A DNA stretch of 64,000 nt from Octopus vulgaris (GCA_951406725.2 OX597831.1:64046001-64110000), one strand, 5' to 3'. Positions 43,451 to 56,276 are shown, numbered from the stretch's first letter. Numbers and translations are program-made. The notes: generated by a model not told the origin, from the letters alone.

Positions 43451-44359
43451 AGTATTCACAGAGCAGGATTTTGACAGTAATTGACTTCTTTGATTGTTGT
43501 TGTTGTTGAGCAACAAGACGGGTAAGGGTGATTAGGTGATGGTCTAGGGCTTCGGGGCGGGAGACCCCAGACCTTGGGAAAAAAAAACTTTGTTCGTCTT
43601 GTTGTAGTCGAGGGCTCTTCGTTGACGCCCGACACCACTGGGAGGTGGCCCTCGAAGTCGCTGGAAATGGAGATCTCCAGGTCCAAATTCTTGAACAGCT
43701 GACTTCTTTGGTGTAAGGCTTGGTTGCTCCGGCCGCTGAGCAGTTGGCAAGTGCAGAGAAAAATTATATGCGATCATGAAAGATCAATATTAACACTCAA
43801 ATTTTAATAACCCTTGAAAACAACAGATCTATTCCGGATCGGTTCGTCGTTGTTGGGAGAAATAAAAGTAATAAGATGAGTAGTGCAGGGAAGAAGCAGA
43901 AAGATGAGTTGGTATACATGTGACAGTAAAAGAGTTTTCCGTCTCGGGGAAGTATAAACGCGGGAAAAAGAGGAGAGGAAATAATGAGAGAGACAGAGAG
44001 AGAGGAAAACGACGGGCAGCAACAGAACCAGTAACAAGAGCAGATCCTGAGAGGTTGCTCTTCCAATAGCATCCCCAGTCGAAGCTATAGAATGGCGAGT
44101 TAGATCCTTTAAGCAGACTAAGAGGAAGACCCCTTTCTAGTAGTGCTATCCATCTTAAATGTGTGGTAACAAATGGTGACCAGAAAGCAATGGCAGACAG
44201 TTTCAATAGGTAAAAGAAACAAAAGAAAAAGGTGAACTCACACAGGCTTCTAGGAGTGGAATAAAAATATGGGGTATTGACTGAGGATCCTGCCCTCAAC
44301 TTCACAGGATTCCGAAGAGAGATCCAGTGCTGGTTAATTTAAAATTTAGTATTCCTACG

Positions 44360-44874
44360 TGGAGGCGCAAAGGCCCAGTGGTTAGGGCAGCGGACTCGCG
44401 GTCGTAGGATCGCGGCTTCGATTCCCAGACCGGGCATTGTGAGTGTTTATTAAGCGAAAACACTTAAAGCTCCACCAGGCTCCGGCAGGGGGTGGTGATG
44501 AACCCTGCTGTATTCTTTCACCACAACTTTCTCTCACTCTTTCTTCCTGTTTCTGTTGTACCTGTATTTTAAAGGGCCAACCTTGTCACACTCTGTGTCA
44601 TGCTGAATCTCCTCGAGAACTACGTTAAGGGTACACGTGTCTGTGGAGTGCTCAGCCACTTGCACGTTAATAAATGAGCTGCAACGTCACTGGTGCCAAG
44701 CTGTATCGGCCTTTGCCTTTCCCTTGGATAACATCAGTGGCATGGAGAGAGGAGGCTGGTATGCATGGGCGACTGCTGGTCTTCCATAAACAACCTTGAC
44801 CAGACTTGTACCTCGGAGGGTAACTTTCTAGGTGCAATTCTCTGGTCGTTCATGACCGAAGGAGGTCATATCAC
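44360..44874 (+). mobile_element. SINE family S3 with an alternative long 3' tail
   Basis: 12-bp perfect TSD AGTATTCCTACG (44348-44359, 44875-44886). Confidence 0.94.
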
Positions 44875-44889
44875 AGTATTCCTACGCAT

Positions 44890-45230
44890 TTAATTGGTCA
44901 GCGTTAACTTTCATCCTTTCGGAGTCGTTAAAATAACGTACCAGTCAAATACTGAGGTCGATGTTGTGACCAGGCTCCCGTCAGTTACGACGACGAGTGA
45001 AATTAATCTGCAAGTGGCTGAGTATTCCACATACACATGTATGTTTAACGTAGATTCATCGTAATGGGACAAGGCTGGCCCATTGAAATACAGGTACAAC
45101 TCATTTTTGCCAACTGAGTGAACTGGCAGCAATGTGAAATGAAGTGTCTTGATCAAGGACACAATTCACTGCCGAATATCGAACTCACGACCTTGCGATC
45201 GTGAGCCGCTAAGACACGCCCTTTCACTGG
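44890..45230. mobile_element. S1 remnant interrupted by a diverged S3-type SINE (-)
   Basis: S1 core at 44905-44965; cgtcagttacgacgacgag...tggctgagta matches 19637-19740. Confidence 0.7.
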
Positions 45231-45280
45231 ACTGCAATGGTTTTTTCCCAAAATTTGAAAGCAGTGTTATTACTATTGTA

Positions 45281-45655
45281 AGGTGGCGAACTGGCAGAAT
45301 TGTTAGCACGCCGGGAAAAGCGCTTAGCGGTATTTCGTCTGCCGCTACGTTATGAGTTCAAATTCCGCCGAGGTCGACTTTGCCTTTCATCCTTTCGGGG
45401 TCGATAAATTAAGTACCAGTTACGCACTGGGGTCGATGTAATCGACTTAATACCTATGTCTGTCCTTGTTTGTCCCCTCTGTGTTTAGACCCTTGTGGGT
45501 AATAAAGAAATAGATTATTTCGTCTGCCGCTACGTTATGAGTTCAAATTCCGCCGAGGTCGACTTTGCTTTTCATTCATTTCAGGGTCGATGTAATCGAC
45601 TTAACCACCTCCCTACGCCACCAACATTGCTGGCCTCATCCCAAAATTTGAAACC

Positions 45656-45657
<2 letters not shown>
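45281..45657 (+). mobile_element. SINE family S1 with internal tandem restart (partial dimer)
   Basis: tatttcgtctgccgctacg...gactttgc occurs twice. Confidence 0.92.
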
Positions 45658-45740
<83 letters not shown>

Positions 45741-46105
45741 TGTTCTGGTGCTCCTACAATTAATACAAGCATGGTACTTAGTATAATCTGAATATGTGTA
45801 TAATTATAAGGGGAAAAGGTTCATCCTGAATAAAAACAGCTGTTTCAACATCCAATTTAAGATCAGAGATATTTGCCTATTATACAGAAGAAAGAAACAC
45901 AACCAGATTTACTAATACCTCGATAATAAACAAACGGAAAAAATGGTTGAAAAGCATGCTGTGGTATGTTTATGTGTAAAGCATTTAGAAGTGCAGATTA
46001 ACACTAGCCATTCGTATACACCTTTGTTCACACATGTTCTCATACTATACGTGCTTATACCTGTATGTAGGTGTCGGTATTTGAATACCCACACCCACAC
46101 ACACA

Positions 46106-46212
<107 letters not shown>

Positions 46213-47134
46213 AAGGGTGAAAAGGAACACAAGAGTGGATATATATGTTTGTTTTTTCATATACATATATATATATATATATATATATGAAGACATATAT
46301 ATATATATGTGTATATGTATGCATGTATGTGTGAATATATGTTTACACACACACACGTACGTACATACATAATACACACAGACACATATTTGTGTATGTA
46401 TGTGTGTATATACATATGCATATAATTACAGTTATACGATCAGATACTGTTTTAATGCAGGTGTAATTAGGGAAATACAGAATCTCCATTGTTGAACATA
46501 CCTGGAATCCAGTAGCAGGTCTATATGTTACATGCAATCTGAGTTAATTATACTTCCACTCTAATTACCCCTTCATAATTGTCGGTTGTAGAGAATGTTT
46601 TAAATTAGCAACATGATTTGGGGGTCTATTTTTAGCTGAATGTTGTCTACGATCCGTCTGTGGCGATCCTTTGCTATTTGCTGAATCAGTGTCATGTCTG
46701 GTCAGAGCATAATTGAGGCTGCCTTCTAAATTGTGTTAATGTCACAGTCGGCTGAATCGATAATACAGCGACCTATGAACTACACAGTCAGCTGTTCGTA
46801 TCCCGTCAGCAGACGCTTTCTCTGTGGCTAAGGAGTTAATTAACTCTAATTGGCATACACCGCTGTCTTGTAAATATGTGCAAATTCGCATCAGTTTATG
46901 TGTAATAAATGTTTCTTTGGCAGTAATAATGAGTTCAGATCTTCTTGTGAGGGTTAACAGGGAATTAATAATATGCAGTAAAGCCTAATACTCCTGACAT
47001 ACTAAATTATTGAAGTATTCAACAGTCTCACATCGACTTAGAGGGGAAGAGGATAGCCACACATACATACTGGTTCACGCGCACACAAACACGCATGAGT
47101 GTGTGTGTGCGCGTGCGTGCGTGTGTGTGGATTC

Positions 47135-47350
47135 GCGTGGCTTAGTGGTTACGATGTTGTACTCATCGTTGTAACATTGTAGTTTCGATTCCTGAGACAG
47201 GTGATGCGTTGTGTTCTTGAGCAAAACACTTCATTTTTCATGTTGCTCCAGTCCACTCAGCTGGCACAAACGAATAATCCTGTCCCGGAAGGAATACATA
47301 TGCCACAGAATCCGGAAACCGGCCTTAAGAGCCTGTGGCTCGGAAAGGAT
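47135..47350 (+). mobile_element. diverged S3-type SINE
   Basis: Homology to 58546-58801. Confidence 0.8.
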
Positions 47351-47517
47351 CATTGATATGTGCGCTCGTGCGCGTGTATGTGTGCGTGTCTGTGTATGTG
47401 TGAGCGCGCGGACGTATGTGTGTGTGTGGACACGCGTTATTAAGGTCGTACTATATATGCATGTATGTATGTATGTTTGTATGTATGTATGTATGTATGT
47501 ATGTATGTATGTATGTC

Positions 47518-47960
47518 ACTATTCAGTTTTTATTTCAACATTTCTGGCCAATAAAGAAAGAGTCGGTTTCTAACCTAGAACCAAGACTACTTCATTGGAA
47601 TTTCAAAATCAACAGGGTATTTGCCTGTATGTATGTATATGTGCAGTATTTGGAGTGCCGACTTGTATGCTTTGTTTTATGTGTGTCTTCTCATACGTAC
47701 AGTTGCATGACTAGATATGTGCATATATACTTAAATGATAAACTTCTGGAAATTTTTACAGATTTTTACAGTTTCATTGATGGCTAAGATCCGTAATGTT
47801 TGAATCAGCTTTCTCCTTTCTAGTTTTGAGAAGCCAAGTTTCTCTAGATTGGCATTCAGGCAGTGTTACATATCTCAGTGCCCCGTTAATTACAGATATA
47901 AACTTAAACTTGTAATCTGGGTAGAGTAACTGCAGATTTCTAAATAGTTTAGCATATGTA
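47518..47960 (-). mobile_element. REL-endonuclease LINE 3' end and UTR
   Basis: Reverse strand LGFSKLERRKLIQTLRILAINETVKICKNFQKFII*; ends aataaaaactgaatag followed by (CATA)n. Confidence 0.6.
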
Positions 47961-47994
47961 TTTCCTTATTCACTTTTCCTTAGCCTTATGTTAA

Positions 47995-49472
47995 CATTGC
48001 TTTGTTGATTTGAGCAAAGCATTTGATAGTTAATCAAAATGCTCTGTGGCTAATACTAAGGAAAATAAGTTGCCCAGAAAAATTTGTAAACATGATCAGG
48101 GCTTTGCATCAAGATATGAAAGCTAGAGTTAACTTTGGTGGAAGGCTCTCTGAATCTTTTGCCGTGGAAAATGGAGTAAAGCATGGAGACCTTGATGCAC
48201 CTACCCTCTTTGCAATATACTTTGACGCTGACGAATGCAATGTAGTCAGTCATTTTGAAACAGGTCTGCAACCTCTTGTATTCGCATTTGACTCAGGTTG
48301 TAATGATTTTGGCTTGAACATCGACTTGAAAAAAAACCCAGTTATAATGCTTCGACCTGCATGTGGTGTTGTTTGTAACCCGCCAAAATGTGTTAAGGGT
48401 AAGCTACTTGAGGTTATTGATTCTTTCATCTACCTTGGAAGCTCTGTACATAATGATGGAAATCCGGACACAGAAATACATCTGCGAATCCAAAGGGCAG
48501 CACAAGCATTTGGTGGTTTGGAGTCACGTGTTTGGCGCCAACAACATATAAATAACAATACAAAATTTGCTCTTTACAAATCATTTGTCTTACCATCCCT
48601 GTTGTATTCTTCTGAAACATGGACATGCTATGAAAGACATTTCAAATTGTCAGAACAATTCCACCAAAAATGCCTTCATCGCATTTTAAACATTAAATGG
48701 TATGCAAACACAGATGTCTTTGCGTCTGCAGGCATCCCAAACACAGATGTCTTTGCGTCTGCAGGCATCACCTCAATTAAAGAAATGATTCTGAAAAACC
48801 AAATGAGATGGTGTGGCCATATTGTTTGAATGGCGGATGAACGCACACCCAAACAGCTGTTTTATGGTGAGCTTGCAGAGGGGAAACGCTACCGGTGTAA
48901 ACCTAAAAAAAAGGTTTAAGGACGGCATAAGGACTACCATGAAGTCACTTGGAATGGATCCAGAGAACATTGAAACCCTTGCTTCAGGTCGAGCTGGATG
49001 ACGAACAAAAGTGTGGAGTGGAGTGAAAACGTTTGAAGAGGCCAGGATAACGCATGCAAGACTCAAGAGAGATTTAAAGAAGAATGTTACGATAGAGAAG
49101 GTGAATCACAATGTCCTTTTTGTATGTACAGTTTGTGGCAGACCATGCCTTTCTTTTGCTGGCCTCAAATCTCATTTGCGAACCCATGGAAAAAGAACAT
49201 CTACCAACTATTCTGCCTATATGTCTGTGAACACCTTTCAATGCAATGTATGCCAGAAGGTCTGCAAGTCTAACGGAGGCCTCGAAAGACATTTTAAGGT
49301 CCACAAAGATCAGAACTTAACTGCAGTTCTTGGTGGTCCAAATCGGACATGTGTGCGTCTTTTAGAACATTGTCTGGTTTAAAAAGCCACATTAGATGCT
49401 ATGATGATTCTAAGGTGTAGGTACAAGATGTGGTCAAACTCTGCATGAGGAGTAGACAACTACCATGTATGT
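47995..49472 (+). mobile_element. RTE-clade LINE, 5'-truncated, RT plus C-terminal C2H2 zinc fingers
   Basis: FVDLSKAF, CPEKFVNMIRALH, NGVKHGDLDAPTLF, FIYLGS, LLYSSETWT, QMRWCGHIV, PKQLFYGEL; CTVCGR..HLRTH and CNVCQK..HFKVH; deletion upstream of YADD; 33-bp duplication at 48705-48770. Confidence 0.93.
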
Positions 49473-49489
49473 CATTATTCAGTTTTATT

Positions 49490-50137
49490 TGACTTGCCGT
49501 ATTCCCAAAACATGTGCCGAAAGTGATAAAATCAAACACCCGTCAACATTATGATGTTTGGAGTGATCACCAGTGCTGACGACGTTATGCTTCCATTCAT
49601 CTTCCCACACGGCCTCACACTCAACATAGAGGTCTATATCAAGTGCATGGAGGAGATAGTACTGCCCAGGATCAAGAGAGTGGCTTCTGGAAGACCCTAT
49701 GTCCGGCAACATGACTCTGCAACATGCCACACAAGTAGGAGAATCCAGTCGTTGTTGTCAGACAATTTCTGCGACCACGTTACTCCAAACATCGGGCCAC
49801 CTAACTCCCCAGGCTGAAACCCCTTGATTATTATGTGTGGGGCGCAGTTGAGCGAGAGACCAACAAAACTCCTTGTAGCACCGAAGATGAACTCAAGGCA
49901 ATGATTATGGCAGCATTCACCAACTTAAACAAGGAGAACGTCCAGAGGAGTTGCAGGAAATTCCGAAATCTTCTGGAGGCTATGGTTGAAGTTAATGGCA
50001 ATTTTATTAAACAAATTTACTCTTTAGTATTTCAAGATATTTTTATATAAGTTTGATAGATATATCTGTTAAAATGAGATGTCAGTGTTATTTTCATTTT
50101 TGCGTAATTTAGACGACAATATATTCACTGCACCCTG
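49490..50137 (+). mobile_element. DD37D (maT) mariner-like transposon 3' half
   Basis: MMFGVITS, RPYVRQHDSATCHTS...PPNSPG*NPLDYYVWG (37 residues between the last two D after correcting a 1-nt deletion); right end ...cactgcaccctg. Confidence 0.9.
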
Positions 50138-50149
50138 TGTGTGGACATA

Positions 50150-50420
<271 letters not shown>

Positions 50421-51154
50421 AGCTCTACTATTATAATTTGACTCCGTTAAACAGCGGTTTTATTCAGTTTTGTGTAATATTAAACGGTGAAGAGGTAAAT
50501 CTTACTTTGACAACATCGGTGATTAGAATTGCAGGTATAATACGTCCTTACCAATATCTGCGTAAATTGAATAAAGAAAAATTGATTTCATCAATGTGGC
50601 AAAGTGCAGTATGAACCCACGCCTTTTGATGTGGCTGGCATTTACTTGTGGAGAGTTTTGGAAGCTGGAATGCTAAACAATAATGAATTGATAGTGTTAA
50701 GTAAAAGTAGTGTTCGTCCCGAGAGCTCACAAGAGCAAAAGAAATTGAAATTACAGTAGCGTTAGATCAGAGAAAATATATAGATTGAGGCTGCCTAAGG
50801 AGAAGGTAAGATATGGCGTGGGGAGAGACTCCCGATAAAATTGGTGAGCTTTATATCTTACATTTGGGAGCATGTGGAACGATATGTTGCATCATTTAAA
50901 TAGATTTTCTTTCCAGTCAAAAGCACCAACTCCAGGGATTTGCTTTCTTCTTATTTAGATAAATATATTCAATCACCTATAGGTGTATAAGAACTGAATT
51001 ATGTTCAAATACCGGATACAATTCTCTACATGGTCTCAATGGTACGGACACAAAATTCGCACGTCAAATTTTCTTACATATAAGCTCTAACTTTAAAGAC
51101 AGCCTCGGAACATATTTGCTTGGACGTGTGTGCGTGTTTGCTTCAGTGTGTATT

Positions 51155-51185
<31 letters not shown>

Positions 51186-51471
51186 CTGTGTCTGTGTCTA
51201 TGTGTGTGTGTGTCTCTGTGTGTGTGTGTCTGTGTGTGTGTATGTGTGTTTCGTGTGCTTTCATATACTTGTCCGTGTATTTATATGTATATGCATGTTA
51301 GTGTCAAATTGCTATACATTATCTTAACTGCTCTTGCGCTGAGTTTAACGTAAGTGTTGCACTCAATACAAAAGAAGGTGGGTAAATTAGTTAAAAGTAT
51401 ATCTTATAAATTAAAACAATAACGTATATTAGCATTAACAACCAGGATAATGCTGCCATCGAAAATCACAC

Positions 51472-51504
<33 letters not shown>

Positions 51505-51524
51505 TGTATTTATATGTCTGTATG

Positions 51525-51583
<59 letters not shown>

Positions 51584-51825
51584 AATGTATGTATATTTTT
51601 CAGTGTGTACGTATAACAAAGAAAAAATAAATAAATAGTAACCAGGATAGCAAAAATTCACATAAGTACCAACTATATATAACAGACTAGTTATAAAGGT
51701 AGGAATTCCATCTTGTTGGAATGGATGAATTAAAAAATGGAGTCAAAGTTTCAATAAAAGCATAGAGATTATTCCGGAGGGAATAATCTCATTTATTAAT
51801 CTCAATTCTTAATTTATCCATATAT

Positions 51826-52005
51826 AAAGTTAATCCAAACAAGAAAGCACAAAAAAACACAACAACGCGAGGACGTGGAACAAATATAGTATTATTGGAC
51901 GCTCAGGAAAGAAGGAAAGCAGGAGGGTTTAACGTTTCGAGCGGAGCTCTTCGTCGGAAACATAGAAGGAAAGATCCAGAGAAGGGAAGACAGAGGAAAA
52001 AAATC
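51826..52005 (-). mobile_element. PLE family H1 copy; HHR at 51927-51961
   Basis: Reverse strand GTTT-CCGACGA-A-GAGC(TCC)GCTC-GAAACGTTA-AAC. Confidence 0.8.
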
Positions 52006-52026
52006 GCATATATATATATATACATA

Positions 52027-52452
<426 letters not shown>

Positions 52453-52470
52453 GTTACTGTGTATATATAT

Positions 52471-52633
52471 AAGGTTGATTGTTATGGCTGGTCAGAGTGA
52501 CCATTTGTTTCGCATCTATAAAGCGCTTACTCAGACTCAAATATCTGGTGTCTGACGTGTTAGCTATACTGCTAAGCGCTTTATAGGTGCGAAGTCAATG
52601 GTCACTCTCTGACCGTCCATAACAATTAACCTT
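52471..52633. mobile_element. fold-back element with decayed HHR (52495-52538, -)
   Basis: Arms 52471-52529 / 52573-52633; reverse strand GAGT-CTGAGTA-A-GCGC(TTTATAG)ATGC-GAAA-CAAATG-GTC-ACTC. Confidence 0.75.
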
Positions 52634-53091
52634 CTAATAATATATTAAAGCTCTAATGTTCCTTTTCGGATATATGAACTACTGACGATATATATGTGTG
52701 TGTGTGCGTGTGTGTGTGAGTGTCTGTGTGTGGAGAGAGAGAGAGAGAGGGGAAGAGATAGTCTGTCTGTCTGTGTGTGTGACTCAAGACCGAGAGTTTC
52801 GTGTGTTAGCACTTTTCAAACTAGTTACAAATCAACTGGTTTGTAAATATATATACCGATAATAATAGTATTTCACTGGATAATTCTGGGGCAAATAATG
52901 AAACTTATTACAATGTCACGTGGATAATTCATATTTTTCACATAATTTGCTCGTTATGCCATTCAATAAATGAATACAGAAATAAACGAATAAGAATAAT
53001 TTGTGCATACTTACACACACACTTATATGAGAGTATCAGTGAATATAAATTCACTGATACTTTTATGTGTATGCATGTATATATATATATA

Positions 53092-53300
53092 TGTTTTGCA
53101 AGATTTTTTATATGAAATCGTGTGTTGAAACAGGGATTGTTGTATTTAGGAATGGTCATTTTGCCAGTTTAGCCAATAAGATTTGGCCGAAATAAGATTA
53201 AGATTAATGTAAAAACTAAATAACGCTGAAGCAAAGTAACACCAAATATATAGTGCGTGTGTTTTTATTGGCTAAACTGGCAAAATGACCATTCCTAAAT

Positions 53301-53308
<8 letters not shown>
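53092..53308. mobile_element. fold-back PLE family H2a copy
   Basis: Arms 53137-53179 / 53265-53308; the right part is the reverse complement of 26472-26597. Confidence 0.82.
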
Positions 53309-53371
<63 letters not shown>

Positions 53372-53374
<3 letters not shown>

Positions 53375-53705
53375 CTTATAAACTCTATATTTGGAAGAAC
53401 TCATTTTAAACTCTGTTGGACTTTTGGACTTTACTCATAGGATATTGGAATATTGCATGTATACCATTATGCCTGAAAAAACTTCAATACCCATACATAT
53501 CTTGCATATATTTTCTTTTCTCCACCTCACTCTCTGTTTTGTATCACATTTAAACTAACTAAGACTTAACTATCCTCTCACACCGTTTCCGATGAAGGGA
53601 TATAATTAATAAATATCCTAGAAACAGCTGTAAGACCTTCTATCTATAAATGCTCTAATATCTACATAGCCTTGGTCTTTTATCTTATTACGCAAAATAT
53701 TCTTA
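53372..53705 (+). mobile_element. PLE-derived segment (family H3) between (TA)n tracts
   Basis: Contains an intact HHR motif. Confidence 0.65.
53585..53636 (+). ncRNA. type I hammerhead motif (U4C variant)
   Basis: GTTT-CCGATGA-A-GGGATAT(..)ATATCCT-A-GAAA-CAGCTG-TA-AGAC; palindromic helix III, GUA cleavage site. Confidence 0.78.
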
Positions 53706-53706
53706 C

Positions 53707-53738
<32 letters not shown>

Positions 53739-53743
<5 letters not shown>

Positions 53744-53915
53744 ATCCAAACAAGAAAACACAGAAAAAACACAGCAACGCGAGGACGTGGAACAATTAAA
53801 GTATTATTTGACGCTCAGGAAAGAAGGGAAGGAGGGTTTAACGTTTCGAGCGGAGCTCTTCGTCGGAAACAAGGAGAAGGAAAGATCCCGAGAAGGGAAG
53901 ACAGAGGAAAAAAAT
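53739..53915 (-). mobile_element. PLE family H1 copy; HHR at 53836-53870
   Basis: HHR identical to 51927-51961. Confidence 0.8.
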
Positions 53916-54296
53916 ATTTTTGCTGGTGGTGCTCAAGAGATCACATGTTGAAAGAACAGAAGTTGAGAGGTAGACGAATCATGATTTTTAAAAACAAGAG
54001 AGTTTCAAAGACAAGGAATGTGTGTGGGTGCGTGTGTGTGTGTAGGGATGTATGTGTGAGTTCATTTGTGTGAGTGTGTATGTATGTACGTGTATGTGTG
54101 TGCGTGTATGTGTGCATTTGTATGTGTTTATGTGTATGTGTGCGTGCGCGGATAGGTGTATATTGTGTATGTATATCTGTCGGTGTGTATGTGAGGTTGT
54201 GTGTGTTTGTACGTGTGTATGTGTGTGTGCGTGTATAGTATATATATGTAAATGTGTATGTGTGCGTGTGTGTGTACGTGCGTGCGAGTGAATGTA

Positions 54297-54620
54297 TCTC
54301 TTTCTTATTATAAAAGGCAGATTTTATCTGCCTCCCTTTGGGAGTTATACAAATCTACAATATAGGATTTCTTCAATTACAATTTACCTAGCATTTTTAA
54401 GAGTACAATGCATCGCGTCATGCCAGGTCCAGTTTTCAAAATTTAAACTCCAATTAAGCAAAATTTACAGAAAACTCACATTCTGGTGTGTGTGTCAAAT
54501 GCTTTTCTTAGTCTGGTTTACACCACACGCAAACGCACACACACAGTGGGCAACGAATAAAATGAAACTAATTCACTTACTGTAGTGAGTGATTCTTTCA
54601 CTCTGCCTCCCACTTCCTCT
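54297..54620 (+). mobile_element. probable non-autonomous Helitron family B, 5' part
   Basis: A|TC start followed by ttattataaaaggcagattttatctgcc; inverted copy at 57770-58091; no 3' CTAG end found. Confidence 0.6.
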
Positions 54621-54815
54621 TTCCACACATAGACACGCAAATATATAAATAAAATTGTAAGCTAACGTGCGTGTGTGTCAGTGTGTGTGTGTATGTGTGC
54701 GCGTGTGTGTGTGTGTGAGGGTGCGTGTGTGTGTGTGTGTGTGTGCGTGTGCGTGAGTGTGTGACAGGAAAGTTTTTTACGATGAATATAAGACCTATAT
54801 CCAAGTAGCAGAAAG

Positions 54816-55075
54816 ATAAGACAGTAAGGTGTGATTTGAGGGAGATTTGGCTGCTATTTCTACCATGTCTAGCTGCCATGTAGGGGTCTCTCTCATAGGC
54901 TCATACATATATACATAGATAAGACAGTAAGGTGTGATTTGGGGGAAATTTGGCTGCTATTTCTACCAGGTCTAGCTACCATGTAGAGGTCCCCCTCATT
55001 GGCTCATATATATATACATACATAAGACAGTAAGGTGTGATTTGAGGGAGATTTGGCTGCTGTTTCTACCAGGTC
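54816..55075. repeat. 103-bp tandem triplication of an S4 fragment
   Basis: ataagacagtaaggtgtgatttg starts at 54816, 54919 and 55022. Confidence 0.9.
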
Positions 55076-55139
55076 TGTTAGGCCTTCTCATGTAAACTCA
55101 AGCTTTCTCATGCCTTGAACATAAGACCAAAGCAGAGAA

Positions 55140-55360
55140 TGTATTCTTTTATTCTTCTGCTTTTTCCAGCCATTGGTCTGTGGCCATGCTGGGGCAATGC
55201 CTTGAAGAATTGTAGTTTAATGAATCAACTCCAGTTTTATTTTTGTAAGCATTGTACTTATTCTATCTGTTTCCTTTGTCAAACCACTAGGTGACAGAGA
55301 TGTAAACAAACCAACATTCGTTGTCAAGCAGTGGTGGAGGACAATCACAAGCACAGACAC
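55140..55360 (-). mobile_element. SINE family S2 3' half, diverged
   Basis: Homology to 25990-26200. Confidence 0.75.
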
Positions 55361-55401
55361 GCACACACACACATACATGCATACACATATACACACATAC
55401 A

Positions 55402-55437
<36 letters not shown>

Positions 55438-55459
55438 TATATATGTGTGTATATATATA

Positions 55460-55770
55460 TTGCAGCGTGGAAGGTGTTTGTAAGCCATTTAAGAAACACA
55501 CAAAAACCGTTAGATTCACTTCAACATTTAAATTTAATTTGCCAAAATATTTTCGTCGCTTTCAGACCGCGACCTGTTCACTGACAAAAATATCGTGCTA
55601 ACAGGTCGCGGTCTCAAAGCGACGAAAATATTTTGACAAATTAAATTTAAATGTTGAAGTGAATCTAACGGTTTTTGTGTGTTTCTTAAATGGCTTATAA
55701 ACACCTTCAACGCTACAACTGTTTTCGTTCCAGCACACGATCTCAGATCAAGTCACTTGCTATGCAAGTA
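55460..55770. mobile_element. fold-back PLE family H2b, 119-bp arms
   Basis: 55460-55578 is inverted at 55600-55718 with few mismatches; the right arm continues into a putative ORF start MAYKHLQRYNCFRSSTRSQIKSLA. Confidence 0.88.
55538..55588 (-). ncRNA. type I hammerhead-like motif with G3-C8 core
   Basis: TTTGTCA-GTGAACA-G-GTCGC(GGTCTGAAA)GCGAC-GAA-AATATT-T-TGGCAAA. Confidence 0.65.
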
Positions 55771-55880
55771 CATCTCTGTAACTATATATATATTTATATA
55801 TATATATATATGTATATTGGTAAAAACAGTAAGATAACAAAAGAAAGAAAGAGACCTCAATATTATGTAAATAGAGGAAA

Positions 55881-56276
55881 TCTTTATATATAAAAGTGAG
55901 GCTGTGTGTCTGTCTCCTACGATTTAGATTCCTAACTACTCCCACATTTTGCGGTGCAGTTTAACCAAAACCGGGTATCTTATAGTCGTGATTCATATCG
56001 AGACCGTCTGGGTATTAGCGCGCGTCTACGATGAGTCTACGATTTAAAAAAAAATTTACCATCAATTTTTCCAATTGTTAATCCATTTTTGACATATATA
56101 AGGGGTGTTAACTCTCTAAAATTTATTATTAAATCTCAGAACGTAAAAAGCTACAGTAACACCCCTCCCCCTTTGTGGTTAGCCATATTGAGATGGCTAT
56201 TATACTTTACATCTCTAAAAATGCTTATATAATTATTTCCCTTACAAACCCGAGCAACGCCGGGCGATACTGCTAG
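55881..56276 (+). mobile_element. complete non-autonomous Helitron family A
   Basis: 5' TC, 3' hairpin cccgagcaacgccggg plus CTAG, inserted between A and T. Confidence 0.95.

Noticed and set aside
45810-45870. gaaacagctgt HHR-like remnant on the minus strand
   Set aside because: Core box and helix II are not recoverable
48023-48829. 268-aa ORF as an active or domesticated RT gene
   Set aside because: Deletion through the YADD region, internal duplication, and downstream stops and frameshift
54816-55075. CRISPR-like periodic repeats (also 602-664, 7797-7860)
   Set aside because: Whole units are duplicated without unique spacers; eukaryotic context and no cas genes
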